DNA of 64,000 nucleotides from Escherichia coli (lineage in GTDB: Bacteria; Pseudomonadota; Gammaproteobacteria; Enterobacterales; Enterobacteriaceae). The position numbers and the translations under genes are program-made. The DNA is taken from the NCBI RefSeq assembly GCF_003334355.1, contig NZ_QOWP01000007.1; one strand, given 5' to 3'. This document shows, piece by piece, positions 1-10,746 of the stretch. Position 1 is the stretch's first letter. Each line of letters begins with the position of its first letter. The notes beneath the pieces are model-generated. The model was given only the letters and a program-made list of their open reading frames with translations, was not told the origin of the DNA and ran no database searches.

Positions 1-199
1 CGGTCGCCTGGGCGCTTAAGGTATGAATACCGCGATGCACCGCCGCGTAGCCGTGACGATAAAACTCGGCCTCGGCGTCAATCACCTGGCCCGGTTTCTG
101 CGCACTGGCGGCGCTGTCGAGATAAGCCAGCGGCAAACCGTTTACCTCACGAGAAAGCACCGGAAAGTCGGCCCGCACTTTGTCGACGGAAAAAGTCAT
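1..199 (-). CDS. sufS: Cysteine desulfurase SufS, N-terminal part (gene runs off the window start)
   Basis: Minus-strand ATG at 199-197 translates [13 protein letters not shown]..., matching the SufS N-terminus; ATGA overlap with the sufD stop. Confidence 0.9.
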   Translation of the reverse strand, partial: MTFSVDKVRADFPVLSREVNGLPLAYLDSAASAQKPGQVIDAEAEFYRHGYAAVHRGIHTLSAQAT

Positions 200-1467
200 C
201 TTACACCTCCTGGCAGTCGTTGACCGATTCGGGCCAGCACCTGCTGTTTAAGCCCCTCATCACGCAGTGCTTCCGTCAGTTCAGCAGCAAAGGCGTAAAT
301 GATCATCTGCTGGGCATCCTGCTGATTGATCCCGCGCGAGCGCAGATAGAACATCTGTTCATCATCAATACGCCCCACCGTCGCGCCGTGGCTGCATTTC
401 ACATCATCTGCATAGATTTCCAGCTGCGGTTTCGTATCCACTTCCGCCAGTTTGCCCATCAGCAGATTATTGTTGGTCATCTGACCATCCGTTTTGATGG
501 CGTGCTGCGCGACGTTGATCAAACCGTTAAATACCGCGCGGCCTTTGTCGCTGACGATAGTTTTGTGCAACTGTCGGCTGTTACAAAAACCTTTATTGTG
601 TTCCAGCCAGGTGCGGGTATCACACACCTCGTTTTTCACCGGCATCGCCAGGCTATTGATCCGCAGCGTGCTGTTTTCGCCATTGAGTTGCGTACTGGTG
701 TTGTGTCGTAACACTGCGCCACCCAGCAGGAAACTATGGCTAAATGCGGTGGCATCGTCAGCCAGCAACAAATCGTTATGGGCAAAGTGGTGACTGACCG
801 GGTTTTCAAACGCCAGCTTGATATGCTGCAAGTGGGCGTTCGCTGCGACATTGATAGTGAACCGTGCGCCGGTGAAGTGACGAGCATCATTAAGGCTGAC
901 AAAATGTTCGATCACCGTTGCTTCGGCACCTTCCGCCAGATCCAGATGATGTCGGTAATGGGCAGTGTTGACCTCTTCACCTGCCACGCCCTGGGTAATA
1001 TGCATTAACAGCAATGGCTTTGCCGGCCGTTGACCGCGCTTCACGGCGATATGCGTCACGCTTTGTGCCAGGCTTTCCGTCAAATGCAGAAACACTTCCG
1101 CCTGAATAGCGTCGGGTACCCCCTGACGGTCGTCGTTAATGCTCACTTCATACCCGCTGCCTTCAGTCGCATCGCTCAGTGCTGACACGTAACGTCCATC
1201 GACAAAAACCAGCCGCACAGCGTCTAATGTTAACGCTAAGGCATCACGCTGCTGTGGGGATATCTCTCCCGCAATGCTGACAAACTGGCTATTGGTCAGC
1301 CCTTCCAGCGGCGTATATTTCCAGTTTTCATGTTTACGTGTCGGCAGTCCGGTACGCAGCAATTGTTGTAAATGCTGCTGTGCTTGCGGAGAGCGTTTCG
1401 CTCCGTCAGCTTCAAACAAGTGATGCCACTGTTGCAGCGCGTTACTGCTGTTCGGTAAGCCAGCCAT
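196..1467 (-). CDS. sufD: Fe-S cluster assembly protein SufD
   Basis: 423-aa ORF; sequence and position in the suf operon. Confidence 0.95.
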   Translation of the reverse strand: MAGLPNSSNALQQWHHLFEADGAKRSPQAQQHLQQLLRTGLPTRKHENWKYTPLEGLTNSQFVSIAGEISPQQRDALALTLDAVRLVFVDGRYVSALSDATEGSGYEVSINDDRQGVPDAIQAEVFLHLTESLAQSVTHIAVKRGQRPAKPLLLMHITQGVAGEEVNTAHYRHHLDLAEGAEATVIEHFVSLNDARHFTGARFTINVAANAHLQHIKLAFENPVSHHFAHNDLLLADDATAFSHSFLLGGAVLRHNTSTQLNGENSTLRINSLAMPVKNEVCDTRTWLEHNKGFCNSRQLHKTIVSDKGRAVFNGLINVAQHAIKTDGQMTNNNLLMGKLAEVDTKPQLEIYADDVKCSHGATVGRIDDEQMFYLRSRGINQQDAQQMIIYAFAAELTEALRDEGLKQQVLARIGQRLPGGVR

Positions 1468-2188
1468 AACCCTGCTCCTCCAGTTGTTTGACCAACGTGA
1501 AATCGCCGGATTTCACAATTCGTCCCTGATACAGCACATGGACGTAATCAGGCTTGATGTAGTCGAGAATGCGTTGGTAGTGCGTAACAATGATGAATGA
1601 ACGCTTGCCGTCACGCAGCGAGTTCACGCCATCGGCAACCACTTTTAATGCGTCAATATCCAGCCCGGAGTCTGACTCATCAAGAATGCATAACTCCGGT
1701 TCCAGCACCGCCATTTGCAAAATATCGTTGCGCTTTTTCTCGCCGCCGGAAAAACCAACGTTTACCGAACGGGTTAATAAATCTTCCGGCATCTTCAGGA
1801 GAGCGATTTTCTCTTCCATCAAATCCTGAAAATCAAAGCGGTCGAGCGTTTCCTGGCCGCGATAGCTGCGCACCGCATTAAGTGCCGTTTGCAGGAAAAA
1901 CTGGTTACTGACGCCGGGAATTTCCACCGGATACTGTAAGGCCATAAAGATGCCTTCGCCCGCGCGATCTTCCGGCGACAGCGCAAGCAAATCTTTGCCT
2001 TTGAACTCAACCGTGCCGCCCGTCACTTCATAATCTTCTCGCCCGGCAAGCGTTGCCGATAAGGTACTTTTGCCCGAACCGTTTGGCCCCATAATGGCGT
2101 GAACTTCGCCGGGATGAACGTCGAGGCTTAATCCGCGCAGGATAGCTTTATCTTCCACGCTGACGTGTAAATCTTTAATACTTAACAT
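1442..2188 (-). CDS. sufC: Fe-S cluster assembly ATPase SufC
   Basis: 248-aa ORF with ABC ATPase Walker A (GPNGSGKST); overlaps sufD start as in the suf operon. Confidence 0.95.
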   Translation of the reverse strand: MLSIKDLHVSVEDKAILRGLSLDVHPGEVHAIMGPNGSGKSTLSATLAGREDYEVTGGTVEFKGKDLLALSPEDRAGEGIFMALQYPVEIPGVSNQFFLQTALNAVRSYRGQETLDRFDFQDLMEEKIALLKMPEDLLTRSVNVGFSGGEKKRNDILQMAVLEPELCILDESDSGLDIDALKVVADGVNSLRDGKRSFIIVTHYQRILDYIKPDYVHVLYQGRIVKSGDFTLVKQLEEQGYGWLTEQQ

Positions 2189-2197
2189 GTTTATTCC

Positions 2198-3685
2198 TTA
2201 TCCGACGCTGTGTTCAAGACTGATGGCGAGGAGTTTTTGTGCTTCAACGGCAAATTCCAACGGCAGCTCCGAGAACACGTCTTTGCAGAAACCGTTAACA
2301 ATCATCGAGATGGCGTCTTCTTCGCTGATCCCGCGTTGCAGGCAGTAAAACAGTTGATCTTCACCAATACGTGATGTCGTTGCCTCGTGTTCCAGTTGCG
2401 CACTATTGTTACGACACTCAACATACGGGAAGGTATGCGCCCCACAATTAGCGCCAATCAGCATTGAGTCGCACTGAGTGAAATTGCGCGCATTGGTTGC
2501 CGTCGGCATGATTTTCACTAAGCCGCGATAACTGTTCTGACTATGTCCGGCAGAGATCCCTTTCGAGATAATGGTCGATTTGGTGTTTTTACCGATGTGG
2601 ATCATCTTGGTGCCGGTATCCGCTTGCTGATGACCGCTGGTCAGCGCCACTGAGTAAAACTCACCAATGGAGTTATCGCCGCGCAAAATGCAGCTGGGAT
2701 ATTTCCACGTAATCGCTGACCCGGTTTCTGATTGCGTCCATGACATTTTGCTGTTTTCGCCTTCGCACAAAGCACGCTTGGTGACGAAGTTGAGAATACC
2801 GCCGGTGTTGTTATCGCCAGGGAACCAGTTTTGTACCGTGGAATATTTCACCTCGGCGTTTTTATGGATGATGACTTCCACCACTGCCGCGTGTAACTGA
2901 TAGCTGTCACGCACCGGAGCGGAACAGCCTTCAATGTAGCTGACGTAGCTGTCTTCGTCGGCCACCAGAATGGTGCGCTCAAACTGCCCGGTTTTTTCCG
3001 CGTTAATGCGAAAATAGGTGGAAAGTTCCATAGGGCAGCGCACACCTTTAGGCACATAAATAAACGTACCGTCAGAGGCTACCGCCGCATTAAGCGCGGC
3101 AAAGAAGTTGTCATTCCCCGGTACCACGGTGCCGAGATATTTACGCACCAGTTCCGGGTGATCGTGGATCGCCTCACCAAAGGAACAGAAAATAATTCCC
3201 TGCTCCGCCAGTTTTTCACGATAAGTGGTGGCAACCGAAACAGAGTCGAAAATGGCATCCACCGCCACCTCTTTGCCTTCCCGCACGGGAACGCCCAACT
3301 GCTCAAACGCCGCCTCCACCTCTTTACTTAAAAAGGCGTTCGCGCCAGTTTGCTGCACCGCGCCGGGTTCAGACGCGCAAGTGTCGTCACAATTACCGCA
3401 CGATGGTGCTGAGTAGTAGCTGTAATCCTGATAATTCAGCTTGTCGTAGTGCGCTTTCAGCCAGTGCGGCTCTTCCATCTCCAGCCATGCGCGATAGGCA
3501 TTGAGACGAAACTCCAGCATCCACTCCGGCTCATTACGCTTCGCCGAAATTGCGCGCACCACCTCTTCGTTTATCCCCTTTGCCAGCTCATCGGTGGCTA
3601 ACTGGGTGAAGAATCCTTCTTTATAATTCAGCGGGCCGCCGGTCCAGGTTTTGACATCGTCAGTTGCTTCAGTATTACGAGACAT
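2198..3685 (-). CDS. sufB: Fe-S cluster scaffold SufB
   Basis: 495 aa from the internal Met ([10 protein letters not shown]...); the ORF track extends 13 codons further upstream. Confidence 0.95.
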   Translation of the reverse strand: MSRNTEATDDVKTWTGGPLNYKEGFFTQLATDELAKGINEEVVRAISAKRNEPEWMLEFRLNAYRAWLEMEEPHWLKAHYDKLNYQDYSYYSAPSCGNCDDTCASEPGAVQQTGANAFLSKEVEAAFEQLGVPVREGKEVAVDAIFDSVSVATTYREKLAEQGIIFCSFGEAIHDHPELVRKYLGTVVPGNDNFFAALNAAVASDGTFIYVPKGVRCPMELSTYFRINAEKTGQFERTILVADEDSYVSYIEGCSAPVRDSYQLHAAVVEVIIHKNAEVKYSTVQNWFPGDNNTGGILNFVTKRALCEGENSKMSWTQSETGSAITWKYPSCILRGDNSIGEFYSVALTSGHQQADTGTKMIHIGKNTKSTIISKGISAGHSQNSYRGLVKIMPTATNARNFTQCDSMLIGANCGAHTFPYVECRNNSAQLEHEATTSRIGEDQLFYCLQRGISEEDAISMIVNGFCKDVFSELPLEFAVEAQKLLAISLEHSVG

Positions 3686-3693
3686 AGTACCGC

Positions 3694-4062
3694 CTATACC
3701 CCAAAGCTTTCGCCACAGCCACATTCATTCTGGGCTTTAGGGTTGTGAAATTTGAATATCTGATTAAGTCCTTCACGAACGAAATCGACTTCCGTGCCAT
3801 CAATAAACGGCATCGCTTGCAGCGGGACAAACAGCTTCGCGCCGTCGTGTTCAAACAGCAGATCGTCTTTGTCCGGCTCGCTAACACTGTCGAGCACATA
3901 GCCAAAGCCCGCGCAGCCCGTTTGCTTCACGCCTAAGCGCACGCCGACCATACCTGGCTGCTTTGCCACCAGCTCGCGGATGTGTATCGCCGCTGCGGGT
4001 GTCAACGTTAAGCCTTGCCAGGCGAAATCTTGTGGGTTAAAGGTTCCTGAATGCATGTCCAT
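3694..4062 (-). CDS. sufA: Fe-S cluster A-type carrier SufA
   Basis: 122-aa ORF with C-terminal CGCGESF motif. Confidence 0.95.
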   Translation of the reverse strand: MDMHSGTFNPQDFAWQGLTLTPAAAIHIRELVAKQPGMVGVRLGVKQTGCAGFGYVLDSVSEPDKDDLLFEHDGAKLFVPLQAMPFIDGTEVDFVREGLNQIFKFHNPKAQNECGCGESFGV

Positions 4063-4105
4063 CGATTTACCTCACTTCATCGCTTTCAGCGTATAACAGC
4101 ATGTT

Positions 4106-4124
4106 AGTGATAATGATTATCAGT
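4106..4124. promoter_or_regulatory. Fur box in the suf operon promoter
   Basis: TGATAATGATTATCA at 4108-4122, about 45 bp upstream of the sufA start; close to the Fur consensus GATAATGATAATCATTATC. Confidence 0.6.
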
Positions 4125-4337
4125 TCAACCCAGCAAACGCAGGGGCTTTACCGTAAAACATGCTTTTTGCCTGCTTTTAATAAGCATAGACCCTGATGTG
4201 TGGGTTAACAGGCACGCTAAGAATTAGGTATCTCATTGTTAGATAATGGTTATTATCTAAGGAGCATTAAGGCTGTGATGAAAAAGAAAAAGTTGTATTG
4301 AAAATGACTATTTAAGAGATAGGTAAAAAAGTGCAGC

Positions 4338-4456
4338 GTTCAGAAATAAGAAAACCCTTAAGTCTGTGCGACACAGGCTTAAGGGTTTCTACCCCATCCG
4401 GCGCTTATCTCCGGCACTCTCAGTGGCTTAGCTCTTGAAGGGGCGATAAGAATAAT
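4338..4456 (-). ncRNA. Candidate small RNA region (rydB maps between sufA and ydiH in K-12); contains a strong hairpin at 4345-4375
   Basis: Stem CCCTTAAG...CTTAAGGG flanked by A-run and T-run at 4345-4380. Position recalled, not verified by alignment; exact ends uncertain. Confidence 0.3.
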
Positions 4457-4609
4457 CTCATAAAGCTAACCCGCCGTTTTAACACAAACTGCGATTAGTA
4501 TTATTTTTGAACAATATCAGGCGGTAGATAAGCAGTATTAAGAAGGTCATCGAACCTGGACGGAGGTTAATCCAGGTCGATTTGGCGAACTTGCGGCATT
4601 AAGTCAGGA

Positions 4610-4798
4610 TCAATGCACGCCCAGACGCCAGGCAAAGTAGATTTCTTCTTTTAATTCAGCAGAAGAGAGAGTAAGCAGGTCAGCAAATTCAAGTTCTAGT
4701 TGTTTCAGACGTTTGAGATATTGGGCAGGTGAAAGATTGCTCTGGTCACGGCGTAAAAATTCAATGGCCAGCTGGGTGGGATCAAGTTGAGTAGACAT
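4610..4798 (-). CDS. ydiH: Small uncharacterized protein YdiH
   Basis: 62 aa from MSTQLDPTQ...; longer upstream extension in ORF track is probably not translated. Confidence 0.7.
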   Translation of the reverse strand: MSTQLDPTQLAIEFLRRDQSNLSPAQYLKRLKQLELEFADLLTLSSAELKEEIYFAWRLGVH

Positions 4799-4897
4799 AG
4801 CATCCTCGCTTTTAGACAAGACCTGCACAGTATACCACCGTTTACTGTGCAGATAATGACCAAAAGCAATATGCGTCACACTTTTCTGGTGACAACG

Positions 4898-5308
4898 TCA
4901 CAAAATGGCGGTCGTCAATCGTGACGAACAGCACAAACGCCCTTTCTCATCGAAGATTTCAATCTGCCAGACCTGGTGACGCGAACCGAGATGCAACGGT
5001 TTGCATACGCCGCGCACCCGCCCTTCTCGTGCCGAGCGGACGTGGTTAGCATTGATTTCCAGACCAACCACTTTTTGCTCACCTTCGGTACATAAATAAC
5101 CGGCAACGGAACCGATACTTTCGGCCAGTACCACGGATGCTCCTCCATGCAGCAACCCGAAAGGCTGCTTTGTCCGCGAGTCTACTGGCATTGTCGCTTC
5201 AAGGGTGTCATCACCAATATGTTCAAAGCGAATATCCAGGAACCCCACCATGTTTCCTTCACCCATAGCATTCAGTGCTTCCAGGGTGATTTTCCGTTTC
5301 CATATCAT
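4898..5308 (-). CDS. menI: 1,4-dihydroxy-2-naphthoyl-CoA hydrolase (hotdog thioesterase)
   Basis: 136-aa ORF; ATGA overlap with the upstream ydiJ stop. Confidence 0.9.
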   Translation of the reverse strand: MIWKRKITLEALNAMGEGNMVGFLDIRFEHIGDDTLEATMPVDSRTKQPFGLLHGGASVVLAESIGSVAGYLCTEGEQKVVGLEINANHVRSAREGRVRGVCKPLHLGSRHQVWQIEIFDEKGRLCCSSRLTTAIL

Positions 5309-8300
5309 TTAATAATCTCCAGTAAAGCCTGCACAGGATGGCGTACCCCCGTGCCTTCAACCCGTTTTACCTGGCTACGGCAGGAATATCCGGTCGCCAG
5401 ACAGCGGTTACGCGGCAGTCGCTGCATAGCCTGATGCCAGGATAACTCATAGATCCCGAGCGAATTTTCATGGTTTTTCGCTTCATGTCCGTAAGTCCCT
5501 GCCATGCCGCAGCAACCCACGCTGACATTTTCCAGTTTCGCGCCAAAACGGGCAAATATCGCGGCCCATTGTGCTGGCGCACCCGGCAAGGCGGTAACTT
5601 CGGTACAGTGACCAAAGAAATACCATGATTCACCGCTGACTGTAGCCACTGGCTGTGACTCAAGTGCGCTTGCCAGCCATTCATTCGCCAGTAAGACGTT
5701 AAACTCGCCACGTTCCTCGCCCAGTGCCAGTTTATATTCATCGCGATAACAAAGTACCAGCGCCGGATCGACGCCTACCATTGGCATACCCAGCTTCGCC
5801 ATACGGTTGAGGAAATCCGCCGTCTTTTTCGCCGTCTTCGCAAAACGATTAAGAAAGCCTTTGATATGCTGGGCTTTGCCATTTGGTGAAAATGGCAGTA
5901 ACACAGGCTGGAAACCTAATTTTTCGACCAGACGGACAAAATCCGCCACCACTTGCGCATCGTAATAGCTGGTAAAGGGGTCCTGCACCACCAACACCGT
6001 GCGCGCTTTCTGCTCTGCATTGAGAGCTTCAAGCTGTTCCAGCGTCATGTTTGCCGAGCGATGCCCCACCATTTGTTGTTGTAGCGAGGGGACCGACAGC
6101 AGTGGCAAATCAACCATGCCGATATGTTTTTCCGAGAGTTTGCGCACCAGCGGCTGGTTAATGAAGAAGTTAAAGGTTTTCGGCGCACGTGCCATCAGCG
6201 GCGCGTAGCTCTCGACCGTAGCGACGAGGTGGTCGCGCAGCGGACGTAAATAACGGGTGTGATAGAGCTGCAGAAAACGAGAGCGAAACTCCGGCACATC
6301 AATTTTGATGGGGCACTGGGTCGAACACGCTTTACAGGCCAGACAGCCCGACATCGCCTCTTTGACTTCGTGTGAGAAGTCATATTCGCCTTTATTCGCA
6401 TGCCAGCTATTGCGCGTGCGGGCAATTAACGTCCGCAAACTGACGCCGGATTCAGGCAGTTCTTGTTCCAGTTTGAGTGGATCAACGCCGCGATCCGCCA
6501 ACAAACGCAGCCATTCACGCACCAGCGTTGCGCGCCCTTTCGGTGAATGAATCCGGTTCTGGGTGATCTTCATCGACGGACACATCGGACTACGGGCATC
6601 AAAGTTGAAGCATAAACCGTTGCCGTTACACTCCATCGCACCGCGCCACTGCTGGCGTACCGCAATGGGGATCTGCCGATCGAATGTACCGCGCTTCACC
6701 GCGTCCACTTTCATCATCGGCGCATCGAGACCTTCTGGCGGGCAAATCTTCCCTGGGTTGAGTCGGTTATGCGGGTCAAATGCCGCTTTCACTTTGCGCA
6801 GTTCTGCAAAAAGTTCCTCACCGAAAAACGCCGGGCTGTATTCAGCGCGAAAACCTTTGCCGTGCTCGCCCCACAACAAACCACCATATTTCGCAGTCAG
6901 CGCCACCACGTCATCAGAGATTTGCTTCATCAAAATCTCTTGTTGCGGATCGCACATATCCAGTGCCGGACGGACGTGCAAGACACCTGCGTCGACGTGA
7001 CCGAACATACCGTAGCTTAAGCCGTGGCTGTCGAGCAGCGCGCGAAATTCAGCAATATAATCGGCCAGATGTTCCGGCGGTACGCAGGTATCCTCAGCAA
7101 ACGGAATTGGCTTAGCGGCACCTTTGGCATTGCCAAGCAGACCAACGGCTTTTTTGCGCATTGCATAGATACGTTCAACCCCCGCCAGCTCACGGCACAT
7201 CTGCCAGCCGATGACACCTGCTTGATGACTGGCGATCAGCTCATCCAACCGCACACAGAGTGCATTTACCCGCTCGTCAATCAGCGCCTCATCATCACCA
7301 GCAAATTCCACAATGTTCAGCCCAAGCATCTCTTTGTCAGGCACATCGGTAATCAACTCGCTGACGGAATGCCAGACAATATCTTCCCGCGCTAGATTCA
7401 GCACTTTTGAGTCCACCGTCTCTACCGAAAGCGCCCGCGCCTCAACCATAAACGGCGCGTTACGCAGCGCTGAGTCAAAAGAGTCATATTTGACATTCAC
7501 CAGACGGCGCACTTTAGGCAAGGGCGTAATATCCAGCCGCGCTTCGGTAATAAAGGCCAGCGTCCCTTCTGAACCCGTCAGAATGCGCGTCAGGTCGAAC
7601 TCGGTCATCTCATCGTTAAAGACATGACGCAGATCGTAACCGGTAAGAAAGCGGTTAAGTTTGGGGAAGTTGTCGATGATTAACTGGCGTTGCTGACGGC
7701 AACGTTGATAAACCGTGTTATAAATTCGCCCGATTGTGGTATTGGATTTACCCAGCGTTTCCGCCAGCTCGACGGGTAAAGGTTGCGTATCGAGAATATC
7801 GCCCCCCAACAACACCGCGCGTACGCCAAGTACGTGATCTGACGTTTTGCCATAGACCAGCGATCCCTGACCAGAAGCATCGGTATTGATCATCCCACCG
7901 AGCGTTGCCCGGTTGCTGGTCGAAAGTTCCGGCGCAAAAAAGTAGCCGAACGGTTTCAGGTACTGATTGAGTTGATCTTTTATCACCCCGGCCTCAACGC
8001 GCACCCAGCCCTCTTCAGGGTTAATTTCGATGATGCGGTTCATATGGCGGGACATATCAACAATAATCCCCTGGTTGAGCGCCTGACCGTTAGTGCCGGT
8101 GCCGCCGCCGCGGGGGGTAAAGATCAGCGATGAATAGCGTTCCTGCGCGGCAAGACGGGCGATCAGCGCCACATCTGCGGTTGAACGCGGAAATACCACC
8201 GCATCGGGGAGAAGTTGGTAAATACTGTTGTCGGTCGACATTGTCAGACGATCGGCATAACTTGTCGCCGTATCGCCGGTAAAACCTTGTTGCTCCAGCT

Positions 8301-8361
8301 CTTGCAAAAAATTAAGCACCAGTTGAACGACGCCGGGTGCCTGGGAAATCTGTGGAATCAT
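5305..8361 (-). CDS. ydiJ: FAD-linked oxidoreductase with Fe-S domain, YdiJ
   Basis: 1018-aa ORF; FAD-binding N-terminal region and Cys clusters (CLACKACSTQC). Confidence 0.95.
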   Translation of the reverse strand: MIPQISQAPGVVQLVLNFLQELEQQGFTGDTATSYADRLTMSTDNSIYQLLPDAVVFPRSTADVALIARLAAQERYSSLIFTPRGGGTGTNGQALNQGIIVDMSRHMNRIIEINPEEGWVRVEAGVIKDQLNQYLKPFGYFFAPELSTSNRATLGGMINTDASGQGSLVYGKTSDHVLGVRAVLLGGDILDTQPLPVELAETLGKSNTTIGRIYNTVYQRCRQQRQLIIDNFPKLNRFLTGYDLRHVFNDEMTEFDLTRILTGSEGTLAFITEARLDITPLPKVRRLVNVKYDSFDSALRNAPFMVEARALSVETVDSKVLNLAREDIVWHSVSELITDVPDKEMLGLNIVEFAGDDEALIDERVNALCVRLDELIASHQAGVIGWQMCRELAGVERIYAMRKKAVGLLGNAKGAAKPIPFAEDTCVPPEHLADYIAEFRALLDSHGLSYGMFGHVDAGVLHVRPALDMCDPQQEILMKQISDDVVALTAKYGGLLWGEHGKGFRAEYSPAFFGEELFAELRKVKAAFDPHNRLNPGKICPPEGLDAPMMKVDAVKRGTFDRQIPIAVRQQWRGAMECNGNGLCFNFDARSPMCPSMKITQNRIHSPKGRATLVREWLRLLADRGVDPLKLEQELPESGVSLRTLIARTRNSWHANKGEYDFSHEVKEAMSGCLACKACSTQCPIKIDVPEFRSRFLQLYHTRYLRPLRDHLVATVESYAPLMARAPKTFNFFINQPLVRKLSEKHIGMVDLPLLSVPSLQQQMVGHRSANMTLEQLEALNAEQKARTVLVVQDPFTSYYDAQVVADFVRLVEKLGFQPVLLPFSPNGKAQHIKGFLNRFAKTAKKTADFLNRMAKLGMPMVGVDPALVLCYRDEYKLALGEERGEFNVLLANEWLASALESQPVATVSGESWYFFGHCTEVTALPGAPAQWAAIFARFGAKLENVSVGCCGMAGTYGHEAKNHENSLGIYELSWHQAMQRLPRNRCLATGYSCRSQVKRVEGTGVRHPVQALLEIIK

Positions 8362-8409
8362 TATATTGACCCTTTCCTGCGGTCTGTGATGTAGGTCGAT
8401 ACACTATTC

Positions 8410-8580
8410 TTTCAGGCGGCTGCAATAGCGCACTGAAAGGTGATGTTTATTTACTCTATGGATTTCGAGTTGCAGGAAGGCGGCAAGCGAGTGAACTCCA
8501 GGAGCTTACAATAGTAAGTGACTGGGGTGAACGAACGTAGCCGCAGCACATGCAACTTGAAATACGACGAGTAAATCGTT
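8410..8580. repeat. ERIC (enterobacterial repetitive intergenic consensus, IRU) element
   Basis: Contains AAGTAAGTGACTGGGGTGAACG and the reverse complement of GTGAACTCCAGGAGCTTACA, matching the two ERIC primer motifs with 1-2 mismatches. Confidence 0.75.
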
Positions 8581-8749
8581 TGCGTGTTGCCTGAGTTGTT
8601 GTACCACATTTTTTTCTAACACGCCCATCAGAATTAAGGGCAGAATCGGCCTGTTAAAAATCGCTGAAATTGCTCATCATTATGCAGGTGAGTTTCGCGT
8701 ATTCACGTCGCGTCGACGATTTGACGCACAAAAAAGGTGAAAAGTAGTT

Positions 8750-9862
8750 ATGGTAAATGTTCGTCAGCCCAGGGATGTCGCACAAATTCTGCTTTCGGTG
8801 CTGTTTTTAGCCATCATGATTGTGGCATGTCTGTGGATTGTTCAACCCTTTATTCTCGGCTTTGCATGGGCCGGTACGGTGGTTATCGCCACCTGGCCGG
8901 TATTGTTACGTTTGCAAAAGATCATGTTTGGCCGCCGCTCTCTCGCCGTTCTGGTGATGACGCTGTTATTAGTGATGGTGTTTATCATCCCTATTGCTTT
9001 GCTGGTTAACAGTATCGTCGACGGCAGCGGCCCGCTAATTAAAGCCATTTCCAGCGGTGACATGACGTTACCCGATCTGGCGTGGCTTAATACCATTCCG
9101 GTGATTGGCGCGAAGCTGTATGCAGGCTGGCACAACTTGCTGGATATGGGGGGGACGGCGATCATGGCGAAAGTCCGCCCTTATATTGGCACCACCACCA
9201 CCTGGTTCGTTGGGCAGGCGGCGCATATCGGGCGCTTTATGGTGCATTGTGCGCTGATGCTTCTCTTCAGTGCCCTGCTGTACTGGCGCGGTGAACAGGT
9301 TGCACAAGGCATTCGCCATTTTGCAACCCGTCTGGCAGGCGTTCGCGGAGATGCCGCCGTACTGCTGGCGGCACAGGCTATCCGCGCGGTGGCGCTGGGT
9401 GTGGTGGTGACGGCGTTAGTACAGGCAGTGCTTGGCGGTATCGGCCTCGCCGTTTCCGGCGTACCTTATGCAACTTTGCTAACGGTGTTAATGATCCTCT
9501 CCTGCCTTGTCCAGCTTGGCCCGTTGCCGGTACTGATTCCGGCGATTATCTGGCTCTACTGGACCGGCGATACCACCTGGGGAACGGTATTGTTAGTGTG
9601 GAGCGGTGTGGTTGGCACGCTGGATAACGTCATCCGCCCAATGTTAATTCGCATGGGTGCCGATTTACCGCTGATCCTGATCCTCTCTGGCGTTATTGGT
9701 GGTTTGATTGCTTTCGGGATGATCGGTCTGTTTATTGGTCCGGTTCTGTTAGCCGTTTCCTGGCGTCTGTTTGCCGCGTGGGTGGAAGAAGTCCCGCCGC
9801 CGACGGACCAACCGGAAGAAATTCTCGAAGAACTTGGCGAAATCGAGAAACCGAATAAGTAA
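8750..9862 (+). CDS. ydiK: AI-2E/UPF0118 family membrane transporter YdiK
   Basis: 370-aa hydrophobic ORF. Confidence 0.9.
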   Translation: MVNVRQPRDVAQILLSVLFLAIMIVACLWIVQPFILGFAWAGTVVIATWPVLLRLQKIMFGRRSLAVLVMTLLLVMVFIIPIALLVNSIVDGSGPLIKAISSGDMTLPDLAWLNTIPVIGAKLYAGWHNLLDMGGTAIMAKVRPYIGTTTTWFVGQAAHIGRFMVHCALMLLFSALLYWRGEQVAQGIRHFATRLAGVRGDAAVLLAAQAIRAVALGVVVTALVQAVLGGIGLAVSGVPYATLLTVLMILSCLVQLGPLPVLIPAIIWLYWTGDTTWGTVLLVWSGVVGTLDNVIRPMLIRMGADLPLILILSGVIGGLIAFGMIGLFIGPVLLAVSWRLFAAWVEEVPPPTDQPEEILEELGEIEKPNK

Positions 9863-9870
9863 TTTCTCAT

Positions 9871-9895
9871 CAGGCGGCTCTGCCGCCTGATTGTT
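9871..9895 (+). terminator. Hairpin terminator after ydiK
   Basis: CAGGCGGC-TC-TGCCGCCTG directly after the ydiK stop. Confidence 0.5.
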
Positions 9896-10047
9896 AACCA
9901 CCGCTAATTGATATTTGCTTGCTCTTCCCCATATTTTCCTGCTTACCGCCATTCAGCTGGTAGTACCTGTCGCAAATTCTTTACAGTTTTTAAACTAATG
10001 AGACGAATCTGATCGACGCAAAAAGTCCGTATGCCTACTATTAGCTC

Positions 10048-10152
10048 ACGGTTATAAATCAACATATTGATTTATAAGCATGGAAATCCCCTGAGTGAAA
10101 CAACGAATTGCTGTGTGTAGTCTTTGCCCATCTCCCACGATGGGCTTTTTTT
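10048..10152 (+). ncRNA. rprA: RprA small regulatory RNA (RpoS translation activator)
   Basis: ACGGTTATAAATCAACATATTGATTTATAAGCATGGAAATCCCCTGAGTGAAACAACGAATTGCTGTGTGTAGTCTTTGCCCATCTCCCACGATGGGCTTTTTTT matches the recalled RprA sequence and ends in its terminator hairpin and T-run. Confidence 0.9.
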
Positions 10153-10290
10153 TAACATTTTTCCGCATCGCTACCTCGCCCCTCACTCTTTCCAATAATG
10201 TTGCACAAGATACTGTGACTCTCTTCAAGCCGTCAGCAGGCTGATAATGTTATTTATATTTTATTGTTTATTTCATGCAGCCATTACACG

Positions 10291-10647
10291 ATGAACGCTT
10301 ATGAACTCCAGGCACTCCGCCATATTTTTGCCATGACTATTGATGAATGCGCGACCTGGATTGCCCAGACCGGTGACAGTGAAAGCTGGCGTCAATGGGA
10401 AAATGGCAAGTGTGCCATTCCTGATTGTGTAGTCGAGCAACTGTTGGCTATGCGTCAGCAAAGAAAAAAACATCTTCATGCGATCATAGAGAAAATAAAT
10501 AACCGCATCGGCAACAACACCATGCGTTTTTTCCCCGACTTAACCGCGTTTCAACAAGTCTACCCTGATGGCAATTTTATTGACTGGAAGATCTATCAAT
10601 CGGTAGCCGCTGAATTATATGCACACGATCTGGAGCGGCTTTGTTAA
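10291..10647 (+). CDS. ydiL: Uncharacterized protein YdiL
   Basis: 118 aa from MNAYELQALRH... Confidence 0.8.
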   Translation: MNAYELQALRHIFAMTIDECATWIAQTGDSESWRQWENGKCAIPDCVVEQLLAMRQQRKKHLHAIIEKINNRIGNNTMRFFPDLTAFQQVYPDGNFIDWKIYQSVAAELYAHDLERLC

Positions 10648-10746
10648 TTTCTCCACAAAAAGGAATTGTCGTTGTTACAACAATAATGAACGGATACTGA
10701 CACAACATCGCTACACTTTTTAAAGCACCTTTGCTAAGTAGAACCT

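Noticed and set aside
23-223. 66-aa plus-strand ORF at the window start
   Set aside because: Antisense to sufS, whose minus-strand translation matches the known N-terminus.
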